20,000 bases of DNA, from contig JBEUKZ010000095.1 of the NCBI GenBank assembly GCA_048128005.1, positions 54,104 through 74,103 of the forward strand, in the 5' to 3' direction. Positions 9,393 to 19,490 of the stretch are shown piece by piece; positions within the stretch are counted from its first letter, which is position 1; each line of letters begins with the position of its first letter. The notes below the pieces were generated by a model. It saw only the letters and a program-made list of their open reading frames with translations. It searched no databases and was not told the origin of the DNA. The position numbers and the translations under genes are program-made. Source of the stretch: Veleropilina oligotropha (taxonomy: Eukaryota).

Positions 9393-10490
9393 TTAGTAGT
9401 TGATAATATCACAAATATTTTTCAAGAATATGGCAGAAAAAATAACAAAAATAAGAAGAAGCGACAATCTGATAATTTACCGCCATGGTATAATACTAAT
9501 GATTGTAAGATTAAAAGAAGCGAGTTTAATAAAGCTCGAACAAATACTATAAAACTAGAACCGACATCGATCGTATCAAATTCCTTGCGTTACGAACGGA
9601 ATAAAACAGAACCAAAAATGCAGCGTTGCGAAACCATAACACAAAAGAACGTAAAGAATTGATCCATGATGCAAAATATAATCCTAAAAAATTCTGGCAA
9701 AACATAAAAGGCCAATCTAATCTTAATATAATGGAGCTATAATTGTATGTGTGTGTGTCTGTCTGTCTGTCTGTCTGTTTCAAGTTGAACTCCTCCCAGA
9801 CGCTTTGACCTAGGACCTTCAAACTTTGGGGGGTTAATCGGGGTCCCCCAAGGAAGGTTTACCACGAAAAAAATTCGGAAAATTCGGGAAAAAAAAAAAT
9901 TATTTAAGGGAGCACTATCCAAAAAAAAAAAAAAAAAAAATTGGGGTGGGGGGACTTGCCCGGCGAAGACGGGTACCATAGCTAGTATACATAATGACAC
10001 GACTTTAAACCTAGATGATTTCAAAAACCATTTTACATATGTCTACTCTACTGATAATCCATTCACAGACCAAGAAGTGGAAGATTGCATAAAAGAGTTA
10101 GCTAATAGACATGGCGCTAACAGGGCAGATAATAATGATAGCTTAAGTAATGAGATATCATTCGACGAAGTCTGCAATGCCATAAGTCAGTTAAAGCGTC
10201 ACAAAACGAGGGATCAGATAATCTGTCCACTGATATATTTATCTCCCTTAAGAATGTGATATGTCCAATATTGGTGAGCGTATTTAATCTGTTGTTTAAA
10301 ACCTACCTTTATCCTCATTGTTGGACAAAAGGGATTATTATCCCAATTCCCAAAAGAGTAACTTAAATGAAACAAACAATTACATGGGCATAACCTTAAT
10401 GAGTACATTTGAAAAGATCTTTTGTATTGTCTTAAACAATAGAATGTACAAATGGACTGAAAATGTGAATAAACTAAATCCACAGAGCTG
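9393..10490 (+). pseudogene. Decayed LINE ORF2: linker plus N-terminal reverse transcriptase region (CR1/L2-group-like), interrupted by a Helitron
   Basis: Frameshifted translation PPWYNTNDCKIKRSEFNKAR / ...NPKKFWQNIK / LSNEISFDEVCNAISQLKRHK / GSDNLSTDIF...PILVSVFNLLF...YPHCWTKGIIIPIPK / KSNLNETNNYMGITLMSTFEKIF...LNNRM. These are the canonical pre-RT and early RT motifs, with a stop and frameshifts. Confidence 0.92.
9737..9985 (+). mobile_element. Non-autonomous Helitron inserted in the LINE
   Basis: 5' CTATAATTG followed by a (GT)/(GTCT)n microsatellite. 3' hairpin CCCGGCGAAGACGGG, then CTAG|T. No TSD. LINE coding sequence resumes after it. The 5' boundary is approximate because the canonical TC is not intact. 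Confidence 0.75.
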
Positions 10491-10865
10491 GCAAATTCCA
10501 GACTGATTTTACATTGTAAAAGTACCACTAATATAATCATATACACTAATATAAACAGACAGCCAACATAATCATGTTACGTATCATGTAGACGAAACAT
10601 GCAAGCGAGGATTGATGTGACTCGACCCTGAGCGGACGTCGTTGGGCCGCGTCGGAGAACACAACTGATGTCGATGAGTGACGACTAACTTCAAAGACTT
10701 CAAATAATACAATTGCAATGTGAACTAATATGGGGCCTCGTGACAAAAGCCAAACGGTTTGAAAACACGAGAAAGGCTATAAATTACTTACATGTATGTA
10801 CGTTCCAGCATTTGAAACTGACAGCTAGAAAATGGCGGCCTGTTGCTGCATTTTGATTGGTGGAA

Positions 10866-11161
10866 TAAGTCGATGCTTCGAGTTAGTAAGTTGATGCTTC
10901 GAGTTACTATCTCGATGCTTCGAGTTACTAAGTCGATGCTTCGAGTTAATAAGTCGATGCTTCGAGTTACGAAGTAGATGCTTCGAGTTACTAAGTCGAT
11001 GCTTCGACTTAATAAGTTGATGCTTCGACTTAAGAAGTCGATGCTTCGAGTTATAAGTCGATGCTTCGAGTTATAAGTCGATGCTTCGAGTTAATAAGTC
11101 AATGCTTCGAGTTAATGGAGGTCAAAATATATATATATGATGTCCCTTTTACGGCTCCGTA
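10866..11161. mobile_element. Right end of a second IS3EU-like element with a 20-21-bp tandem array
   Basis: 12 copies of AAGTCGATGCTTCGAGTTA(C/A)T (10866-11115), then terminus ATGTCCCTTTTACGGCTCCGTA (reverse complement TACGGAGCCG...). The left terminus is not clearly present. Confidence 0.65.
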
Positions 11162-11385
11162 TAAATCTTAGTAGTAAACAACAGTTTTTTATCGATTTTC
11201 CTTCGATAGTAAATACTCCGCGCATGTACGCATGTCAGGAAATAGTATGGGCATCATGGCTACTAAATATTCATAAGGTCTAATGTATATTGCTTTTCGG
11301 GTCGTTTTGGACCCGATTCGCTGCCAAAGAGTTAACCAACCATTTTATCTATTTCTACTTTTGGGTTTATCTCTATCAAAAGTAA

Positions 11386-11631
11386 GGCCGCTCCGACAGT
11401 CGTGTGGTTTCGGTTGTGCAATGGTTTGATTTCGCTGACACGAACAGTAGTGGGTTCGGACCTCTAGTGAAACATGACAAGTTAAGAGTGGCGGTTGTCC
11501 GTAACTGGTCCGTGAGGGCGAGTTTACTCGGGCGACCTGGCCTTCCTCCCGCGACAATATGGACACGTCCTGCTTTGAACCTAATGATGGCTGGAAATAT
11601 ACAGTACATTAAGCATCGGTCATTTCCTTTC
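11386..11631 (+). mobile_element. tRNA-type SINE, copy 1
   Basis: GGCCG start, B-box-like GGGTTCGGACC and (TTTCC)n tail. 15-bp TSD CTCTATCAAAAGYAA (11371-11385 and 11632-11646). Homologous to 14851-15115. Confidence 0.85.
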
Positions 11632-12329
11632 CTCTATCAAAAGCAAGTGACAATGCTATAGAGCTAGGGATCTAAACATTCGTGTGCCACAGACGACGTC
11701 CAGAGCAATAATGACCATCATTTTTCAAGAAAATGCACAATAATATTGTGTCGTTGATGGTTAAAATTAATTTCCGCAATAATATGGAAGCAATATTATT
11801 GTCAATAATATTGATCGTGTATGGGCCGCTTTACACTAATAATTGAAAGTGAGTAGTGGTGCCTTTTACCTATTACGTAATTAAATATACTTGAAATGTT
11901 TTCTTTATCGGTATTATAAAGTAGGTTACCCTTCAAGGCTTTTATAGTCCATTTAAGTGTGAAACCATAGGGAAAGTTTCTTGTCGAACGTGCGATCTTC
12001 CATCGTAAAACTGTTCGCAAACCTTCTATTTTGACAGGAATTGTTTGTGACATTGTCAATATATGTTGTAAGCAACACGCGATCTGATGACGTTTTTCAA
12101 CGCACATAACCAAGGACGTCACCAAACGCTGCATACACAACATCTACAGTATATTGTTCCATTGCTAATTTTCTTTGAGTTTATATCAGAAGAACGTCAA
12201 ACAGACAAAATGAACGCGTTAGATATATTTCCGGCTCACAGCATAACATATGTATAATATATGTATGTATGTCCATGTAACACATCTATAAAATATATTG
12301 ATGGTGCTTAACTTTTGCTCAAGTGTATA

Positions 12330-12435
12330 TATAATAAAGATGGAAATAATGCTGCGGCAAATCGCGCCAGTGGCAAGGAAAACGCTGAGTAAAACAATAT
12401 GTCTCTCCCATCTTTCGGATGAGGAGACATATTAA
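12330..12435. mobile_element. Helentron/HINE-like terminal fragment
   Basis: Hairpin AATATGTCTC...GAGACATATT (12396-12433) preceded by AAAAC, the typical end of invertebrate non-autonomous Helentrons. Confidence 0.5.
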
Positions 12436-12449
12436 CTATATTAATAATC

Positions 12450-12802
12450 GGCGCACAAAGTCGAAATTAGCAAAAGGCCCCAGTTCACCAACTACTGAAT
12501 ACACCCATCAAATTGCATGCAGCCATGTCAAGCGGTTTATGTGATTCGCTCCGGAAAATATTACATTAACGAATTTACAACAAGGACAATAACTATGTTT
12601 ATAACCGCCGCACAATATCGAAACTGGCAAAATGCACCAGTTCACCGACTACTTAATACACCCAGCAAGTTTAAAATTCGTAAAGTTATGTCGAGCGGTG
12701 TAAGAGATATGCTCTAGAAACTATATCGATTACACACAGACGGACGGACAGACAGACTGGGCGATTGCAAAATCCTACGTTCGTAACCGGGAGGGTAACA
12801 AG
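12450..12802. mobile_element. Helentron/HINE-like relic with two ~157-bp core repeats and a (GACG/GACA)n microsatellite
   Basis: CCAGTTCACC.ACTACT.AATACACCCA at 12480 and 12637, followed by CAGACGGACGGACAGACAGAC. Confidence 0.55.
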
Positions 12803-12852
12803 TAGATACCGAAAAACGGCCGGGGACAAACAGACTGACACACATAAATTTA

Positions 12853-13274
12853 AGAGACTATTGCCTGTAAATGCGCTCTTTCCTTTTTAAAATGAAAACT
12901 AACCGCATTACACTTTTTGTTTATAACATAAAAAGTTAGGAATTTTCAACACTCGACTTTGGTCAGTAATTTGCTACCGTTTAAATTAATCGCTACTAAA
13001 TATTTAAAAATAATTAAACGCGGCCGGTTGCATTTCCAATTGACCTAGTTCAGTTGCGTAGGTTTCTGATCGTCAAGTAAGATAGCTTTCTACTTGACAA
13101 TAACATGTATTGCCCAGTTACAATAATAATTTCAATAAAAGTCTATCATTTGGTCACATATCGATCATATCTTCGCGAAATTTGTATCAATCTGCGCGAA
13201 CCGTGCGATAGAGGGTGTTCAGTCATGATACACAGTCATGAAAAGAGCGCATTAATTTACGGGCAATAGTCTCT
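12853..13274. mobile_element. Kolobok-like (TTAA-target) MITE
   Basis: TIR AGAGACTATTGCCTGTAAA.TGCGCTCTTT and AAAGAGCGCA..TTTACGGGCAATAGTCTCT. TTAA lies on the right and a TTTA/TTAA overlap on the left. Confidence 0.7.
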
Positions 13275-14124
13275 TTAACGTAGCATCTTCATGACAAATG
13301 ACACGGAACGAAACAATAAACGAAATAATACATTAACGGGAATGCGTATGCACGTGTGCCTTGAAGTAAAGCTGTTTTGCATGATAAATAATATAACATT
13401 ATAAACACAGAAAGTGTTTGACAATTTGGCTATCTGTGAGATTTAACGCTATTTAAGCATCCGTATATTCCAGGATCCTTATTTGTATTCACCCAAAACG
13501 GCATTTTGTTGACATCCCATAAAAGCTATATATATAATAAATAACTTGAAACATGTTTCTTTCGAGAAACTGTAGGCCTACGAAATTTATTGAAATATTG
13601 CGCTTTTTCACATCGAATATACACGACGATGTTAGAGGTTACATGCGGTTCAGTATAATCTAACGCTACTGGAATAACTCCATTACAATAATACTTCTAG
13701 TAAAACATTTTGATGTAATTCTGACTCTGGTAAAAACTACAGATATATCTTTGTTATAGCGATTCCGCCGAATACCCGTGATGATAAGCTACAGTGCATA
13801 ATTACACGCTTCAGGCATTGCCACGCTTGCCTGACATCCGGGTTAGCCGGATGACACTGATGATCGCAGATCCTAAAAATAACTCTGTGGCGGAGTGCTA
13901 ATAAATAGAGATGTGATGTGGGACAAATAAAATGTCAGTATAAACAGCAATGTATCAAACAAAACTTAGAAAGATACAATCTAAATATTCTAGCTAAGAG
14001 ACATAACAGTTACTGAAATCAACATGGCTGGAAACTATAACGATCTGCAAAGACAGACATATGCTGGATGAACCGCAGCGCTGTCGGGAACCATTACATA
14101 GCAATCGGACTGCCATATAAAATA

Positions 14125-14279
14125 TATGATCTTGACCTTGCCAGTAGCAGTGGCTAAATTCTTTGATAGATGTCCATCATGTAAAAGTTTGGATGAAATT
14201 TTTTTTTAAATGTCTAAATATGGGAAAATTTGTCGAAGTCAAAGGTCGTATACGCGCTACGATAGCTCAAGCTGAGCTA
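14125..14279. repeat. HINE-like relic
   Basis: TTGACCTTG and AAGTTTGGATGAAATT satellite-like motifs, ending in the palindrome TAGCTCAAGCTGAGCTA. Confidence 0.4.
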
Positions 14280-14432
14280 GCATTCCAAATTTATCTCGTT
14301 ACTCTGTCACACTATAAACTCGTGATAACTCTGGTAAAGCTAAGAGATAAAAATAGCCCGGTAACTCTGTCAATGGCCGATACCAATTGGCGCCGGGTGT
14401 AAGACCCGTTGCCGGGATGCGAAGCTCTAGTA

Positions 14433-14691
14433 TCTATATATAAAAAGTAGTAATTGTTTGTTTGTTTGTTTGTTTACGTGCGTGTCTGTTTGCCACTTGG
14501 CCAAATTTACTGTTGCGGGGTGGAGAGGGCGGGGGCAGGCAGGTGTGAGAGATGGGGGATTTCAGCGAAATCAGGCAGGTGTGAGGCTGGATGGGGGAGG
14601 GAAATGGGGGAATTGGGGAGGGGAAACTGGGTGGTGAAATGGGGGGAGGGGTCGGCGAAATCACCCGTTTGTAAACAGGTGTGCCCGCTAG
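14433..14691 (+). mobile_element. Non-autonomous Helitron with a G-rich interior
   Basis: A|TCTATATATAAAAAG 5' end, (GTTT)n microsatellite, 3' hairpin ACCCGTTTGTAAACAGGT, then CTAG|T. A^T insertion site, no TSD. Confidence 0.85.
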
Positions 14692-14850
14692 TATTCCATA
14701 TAGCGAACACGAATAGTGTTTACTCGTCTCTAAAATATTTGTTCGGTTATCAGATATAATAAATTTGAATCAAAAACAATATTACAAAAATTGGTGGTTA
14801 TGTTGTATTAATTTTTTAACCATTGTTGTGGTGTCATTCAATTGTCTTGG

Positions 14851-15115
14851 TTGGCCGCTCCAACAGTCGTTTGTTTTCGGTTGCAGACTCCGAAAAATCG
14901 CTGGCTTCATTCCGCTGGCACGAACAGTAGTGGGTTCGAACCTCGGTTGGGACATGACATGATGTGTTCAAGTTACGAATCACAGTTGTCCGTAACTGGT
15001 TGGAGAGGGTGTGTGTCCTGGGATTTCCTCCCGCGATAATATGGGCATGTCCTGCTTTGAACCTAATGGTTGGAGGATATATACATGATATTAAGCATCG
15101 ATCCTTTCCTTTCCT
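14851..15115 (+). mobile_element. tRNA-type SINE, copy 2
   Basis: B box GGGTTCGAACC, shared core GTTGTCCGTAACTGG...CCTCCCGCGAYAATATGG...CCTGCTTTGAACCTAATG and (TTTCC)n tail. 10-bp TSD ATTGTCTTGG (14841-14850 and 15116-15125). Confidence 0.85.
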
Positions 15116-15243
15116 ATTGTCTTGGCACGTCGTTTAACTAACCATATTGTCAGTTACACCACGGGGGACTAGTTTCTTACATTAAAAATGGATTTATTAG
15201 TTTATTAATATCATATATTTTGAATTTTTCAATGTTTTAAATC

Positions 15244-15347
15244 GGTTATATCACACGCATTTGCCGTCTAATCGGAGAAGCCGTGCAGTTAATCGAGGTT
15301 TAACTGCAGGCTTCTCTGATTAGACAATCAAACCTCGTGATATAACC
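15244..15347. repeat. ~104-bp imperfect palindrome (MITE-like)
   Basis: GGTTATATCAC...GTGATATAACC and GTCTAATCGGAGAAGCC.TGCAGTTAA / TTAACTGCAGGCTTCTCTGATTAGAC. Confidence 0.75.
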
Positions 15348-16479
15348 TATAGATATTTCACCTGCTTCTTGGTGATATAGGACGGAACACTAAAAACATA
15401 TTAATTAACCAATCAAGTCGCGTATAATGGCGCAAAAAAATATGTTTTTATTCGTCGTAATTTCAATCAATGCATTTACATCTAGTCCAATTATGTTAAT
15501 CATAATTGTTTTAATCAAATCAATTAGTTCAATTGTTTGCCCCCGTCTAATTCAATTTAGATGTGATACGTTGATTTATAAACGTATGTACAATGCACGG
15601 TTTTGACACCATTTCCCATATAAAATAAAGTCAAATATGGCCTATGTGCAGGACCGGCGCCAGGATTTTGAAAATTTACGAGACTCAGTTAAATATCGTA
15701 ATCCGACAGGAAAATATATAATCCGATTACAATAAAACTGATCGTTTACTTTTTACAATTGGATTATTGATGACATATCCTGACAGTCAGAGGGGAAATT
15801 GGAAAACTGGTTACGATAATCTTCCACCTCGTAAAGACAATTATCAAACACCTGGTAAATGAAAGCAAACAGAGATATCGCTCCCTCATCAAAGACGGGC
15901 GAATCTGTGAAGAATCTGGAACCGGTCGTAAAAACGGTCACTGTCGCTGTCACGAGTCATCAAAGCTGGACGCCGACAATGTATCCATGTAAAGAAGTAG
16001 GCCTACATACCCAACACCATATTATGTCTAAAACTACATATAAAACAACAACACTAACTTGCATATGCACATGCCAGGGAAGTAAACCTGAACCACACGC
16101 GCGCGCACACATGATAAGATATAAAAGATGAAACGCTGTAAATGATCAAATGAAAGTGACAATTAAGGGGGAAGTTTGCAAAAGTAAAGTGTGAAATTTG
16201 CCGAACTTTAATGTATAGTATAATATGATTGTTGGTTACGTCCAGCATAATGTAATAATTATAATATGATTTAATACAAAGTAACGATTACATTCACTCC
16301 CCCATCTCATCTAAGGAAATGCCGTACTGTAAATTTTTAGTAATTATTTTACCATTGATCTTGACGAAGAATGACAACATAATTTCCATTTTGATGTTTA
16401 TAGAAGATTCCTGATAGTAGTTTGCAAGTAAATAATATACAATGTAGCATTTATACCGGTGCACAAATGACTAACTGAT

Positions 16480-16580
16480 CAAAGTCACCCACCGCGGATT
16501 CGAACTTACTCCTGTTAGACAGATACGTCAAATTGGTGAATTGAAATTTAACGATATTTGGCCATCGATGGAGTCCACCG
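16480..16580 (-). repeat. Possible decayed tRNA-derived SINE head
   Basis: Minus strand has TGGCCAAATATCG (A-box-like) and GTTCGAATCC (B box) at SINE-like spacing. No cloverleaf, tail or TSD seen. Confidence 0.35.
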
Positions 16581-17994
16581 AAATATAAATAAAAACACGT
16601 TGTATGTTAAACTGTGAGGCAGCTCTTTTAGACATAACGTAACGTAGTTATAATCTATTATTAAGTGCATATTGCCAATATCTCTCGCTCTCTCTCTTTC
16701 TCTGTCATGCTATGGGCTACGGTAGATAACTCTAGTGTGTGTGAAAACATGAAATAATAGTTCTTGTCATCATTGACAGGCGCTGTGCACTGTGCAATGG
16801 GAACCCCTAATGATATACGAGTTCACACCACAATCGGATGCTTTGGGCCGACATATTACAACATTCTAGTACTTTCATAATATAGATTGCTGTGTTAAGT
16901 GATTCCCAAACGGGACATAATATACAAATATCACTATGTGAACCTGACAGTTGTTAATATTGATCTAAATAACAGTGTATACATATACAGTACTTCGTAA
17001 GTAAATTTATTAGTATTTATCAAAGTTCTGGGGGTGATGGGTAGACTGGCCTATAAAGCTAATGTATACATATAGATACTTCATAGATTTACGATAACAT
17101 GCAATGTTAACTGTTTGGGGTCAAGCTTAGTTTGCAGGGACAGGACAGGTGCAGATTTTGAAAATGAGAGGCTCCAACTTATAGGAAATATACACTTTCA
17201 ACTGTAGGAGGAAAATTGTGACAATTAACGGAGTGATCTGGTATTCTGACGCCCTGACACGCCCCCCCCCCCCCCCCCCCCCAGATCCACCCTTGAGTTT
17301 GGGATATGCTTGTTAAGTTTACAAATCAGGAGCATCGCTCTGTTTGGATTATTTACCAGCATGACCATTATGTTATTTATATGCAAATAGTCTCAATTTC
17401 TGTCCTGGTGGTATTGCTTTTAACATTAGTTTAATGTAAAAACACCGGAAAGGTGGTTTTAATAAAAATATATATATTATATCATCAATAATACAAAATT
17501 AAGCTAAAATCACAACAATTGATCACGCTTTAACCACTTTAATATTTATAATGTAAACAATTCGGATTACAAAAAGTAATTTATTGTTTGCAAATTTATA
17601 GAAATTATGAGTAGAGTTGCGTGTCAATTTGGCTAGACTCAGATACCGGGTACTCTTTTAAATTACATCGATAGTTTTATAATCCGCTACGCATACAAAG
17701 TTTGTCTATAGTATTACTAGTAACAAAATATGTCTACAAAATTAATTCCATTGCAAAATATATAACGAATCCTATTGTTCAATATTTTGCTAATGGCTCT
17801 ACTTAGACTATCTATTTTACCATTAGAATTGTATACAAATGTTAATATAAAACTTTTACAGATGTTGTTTTTATTATACGCTATTAGTTGTTAATGGCGT
17901 TCTCGGTCGTGTGAAATTCTCGTGCATCGTTTCATGTTTTTCACCCCTCGCCCAGCAGTGTTTGCACGAATTATGCAGAGAGACAAAGGCGTCG

Positions 17995-18225
17995 TTGATT
18001 GGTTTGTTTACAGCTTGAGCCCTTTGATGGCGCTTACATTAATTAGGAGCCCCGGTTCTGTTTCCTCTACCGCATCTCGCACGCAGGTGCACGGGCCAAA
18101 ACAAGAGTATGCAAATTTCTTCACGCAACTAGCCAATCAGTACGCTTCATTTTAACGCGTTGACACATTAGCACGTGGGCAGTGTTATAAGACACCAGAA
18201 GTCAGCTGGCCTCCATAACAGTAGT
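17995..18225 (+). promoter_or_regulatory. Putative nanos proximal promoter
   Basis: ATTGG 17998-18002, forkhead-type TGTTTAC 18005-18011, TCF/LEF-type CTTTGAT 18022-18028, octamer ATGCAAAT 18109-18116, CCAAT 18133-18137, E-box CACGTG 18172-18177 and TATAAG 18186-18191. All lie in a locally CpG-richer patch just upstream of the ATG. Confidence 0.65.
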
Positions 18226-18272
18226 GGAATTGTAACTGTTGTTTGATTCCTACGGTTTCATAGCGTGCAAAA

Positions 18273-18917
18273 ATGTACATGTTCGACGAAGAACGAGGTA
18301 TCGGTGGCTTTGAGCCGTTCGAAGACTACCTCGGGTTGAGTAACTTGGTACACGTAGGGACCCAAATTACAACCTTGTCGCCTCTCCAGACCGCAGACAC
18401 TGGATTATTAAATCAAGTGCTTAAGAAGTTGGAAAATTTGGACATTGCTCGAAAAAATAACCGCGACGATTTTCACCGGAATGGAATAGACTGTGAACTG
18501 GACGAGTTCGATATTTATCAGGCGAGCGTCCGCGGAAGAGGGTCCAGCACCACCATGTCGCCCGCCAGCACCGTGTCAAACAGCCCCACCAACAACTCGC
18601 CGCTGATGGAATACCTGAGTCTGCAGGAGAAGCGCCGTACGATGAGAGCGGCCAAGGCCGCCACGACCCGAAACAAGGTGTGCGTGTTTTGTAAAAATAA
18701 TGGAGAGACTCTGTCGGTGTACAGTAGCCACGTTCTCAAAGACATCAACGGCAAAGTAGTGTGCCCAATTCTCAGAAAATACGCATGTCCATTTTGCGGC
18801 ACATCTGGCGATAACGCGCATACTATTAAATACTGTCCGATGAACGAGGGAGAGGTCAGCAGTGCGGGGTTGCTGCGTACCAGTCGACTTAGTACTGGTA
18901 AAAAACGCCGACTCTAA
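18273..18917 (+). CDS. nanos: Nanos, CCHC zinc-finger translational repressor (214 aa, intron-free CDS)
   Basis: C-terminal tandem CCHC Nanos domain CVFCKNNGE...HVLKD...VVCPILRKYACPFCGTSGDNAHTIKYCP. N-terminal FEPFEDYLGLSNLV resembles the CNOT1-interacting motif FxxWxDYLGL. Ser/Pro-rich linker. AAAATG start context. TATA-like element upstream. Confidence 0.97.
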   Translation: MYMFDEERGIGGFEPFEDYLGLSNLVHVGTQITTLSPLQTADTGLLNQVLKKLENLDIARKNNRDDFHRNGIDCELDEFDIYQASVRGRGSSTTMSPASTVSNSPTNNSPLMEYLSLQEKRRTMRAAKAATTRNKVCVFCKNNGETLSVYSSHVLKDINGKVVCPILRKYACPFCGTSGDNAHTIKYCPMNEGEVSSAGLLRTSRLSTGKKRRL

Positions 18918-19290
18918 ATATCCGCTGAAATGTTGGAATTGTTAATAATAATTATTGAGGTCGTTAATTTTGTATCTTTTAAAGTTTACGAATACTTGTA
19001 AAATCATATTTTCGTATCTGTATAATTCACAATTGTTTACCATTCGACTATCGTGTGTATAGAATTGTTTTTCGTTTTCTTATTTCTATGCAATATATGA
19101 TTACATGCAATTTTAATGGTTACATTTCAGTAGTTTGAACCAATTGTAAATAATTTGATTGTATAGGCTAATAACAAATACAATTTTGTAAATCTAAAAT
19201 ATATTAAAATTTATTTAAATTTATTGATAGTTTTCTTTTTTACTAATTTGTTCGATTACCTATGTTTATTACAGAGACCGCATAATAAAT
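18918..19290 (+). promoter_or_regulatory. Putative nanos 3' UTR with Pumilio- and CPE-type elements
   Basis: Very AT-rich. TGTAAATA (Pumilio consensus UGUANAUA) at 19145-19152 overlaps ATTGTA. CPE-like TTTTAAT 19111-19117. Candidate poly(A) signals ATTAAA 19203-19208 and AATAAA 19284-19289. Confidence 0.55.
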
Positions 19291-19411
19291 TATATTCAAA
19301 TTTGTGCCAGAATTGGAGAATTGGCTTGGCGAATTCCATATTTTTTTTGTGACACCTCCAGTGACTGATTGGGTGATAGTGGTTCGCAACTGGCCGTGAC
19401 TTTGCTTGCTT

Positions 19412-19490
19412 GGTTCGTAGCAAGACATGTCCATATTATCATGGGAGAAAGCTTGGGCAAACTCGCCCTCCGGTCAGTTTAGTACAACCG
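19412..19490 (-). mobile_element. SINE core fragment related to 11386-11631
   Basis: Reverse complement GGTTGTACTAAACTGACCGGAGGGCGAGTTTG...CTCCCATGATAATATGGACATGTCTTGCTACGAACC aligns to the core of both SINE copies. Confidence 0.7.

Noticed and set aside
10866..11115. CRISPR-like array of palindromic repeats
   Set aside because: Units are directly tandem with no unique spacers, the context is eukaryotic, and there are no cas genes.
11297..11334. piggyBac-like end (CGGGTC...GACCCG hairpin, then GAGTTAA)
   Set aside because: No matching opposite terminus was found, so it is too weak to call.
14851..14950. tRNA gene (GGTTCGAACC)
   Set aside because: No cloverleaf. It has a SINE body, tail and TSD.
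17141..17296. MITE-like relic with a poly-C tract ending GATCCACCCTTG
   Set aside because: The left TIR is too degenerate and no TSD was identified.
17922..18155. 77-aa ORF upstream of nanos
   Set aside because: Non-ATG start, overlaps promoter motifs upstream of the TATA-like element, and shows no homology.
18518..18821. Antisense ORFs within nanos
   Set aside because: Shadows of the GC-richer coding strand with no recognisable domain.
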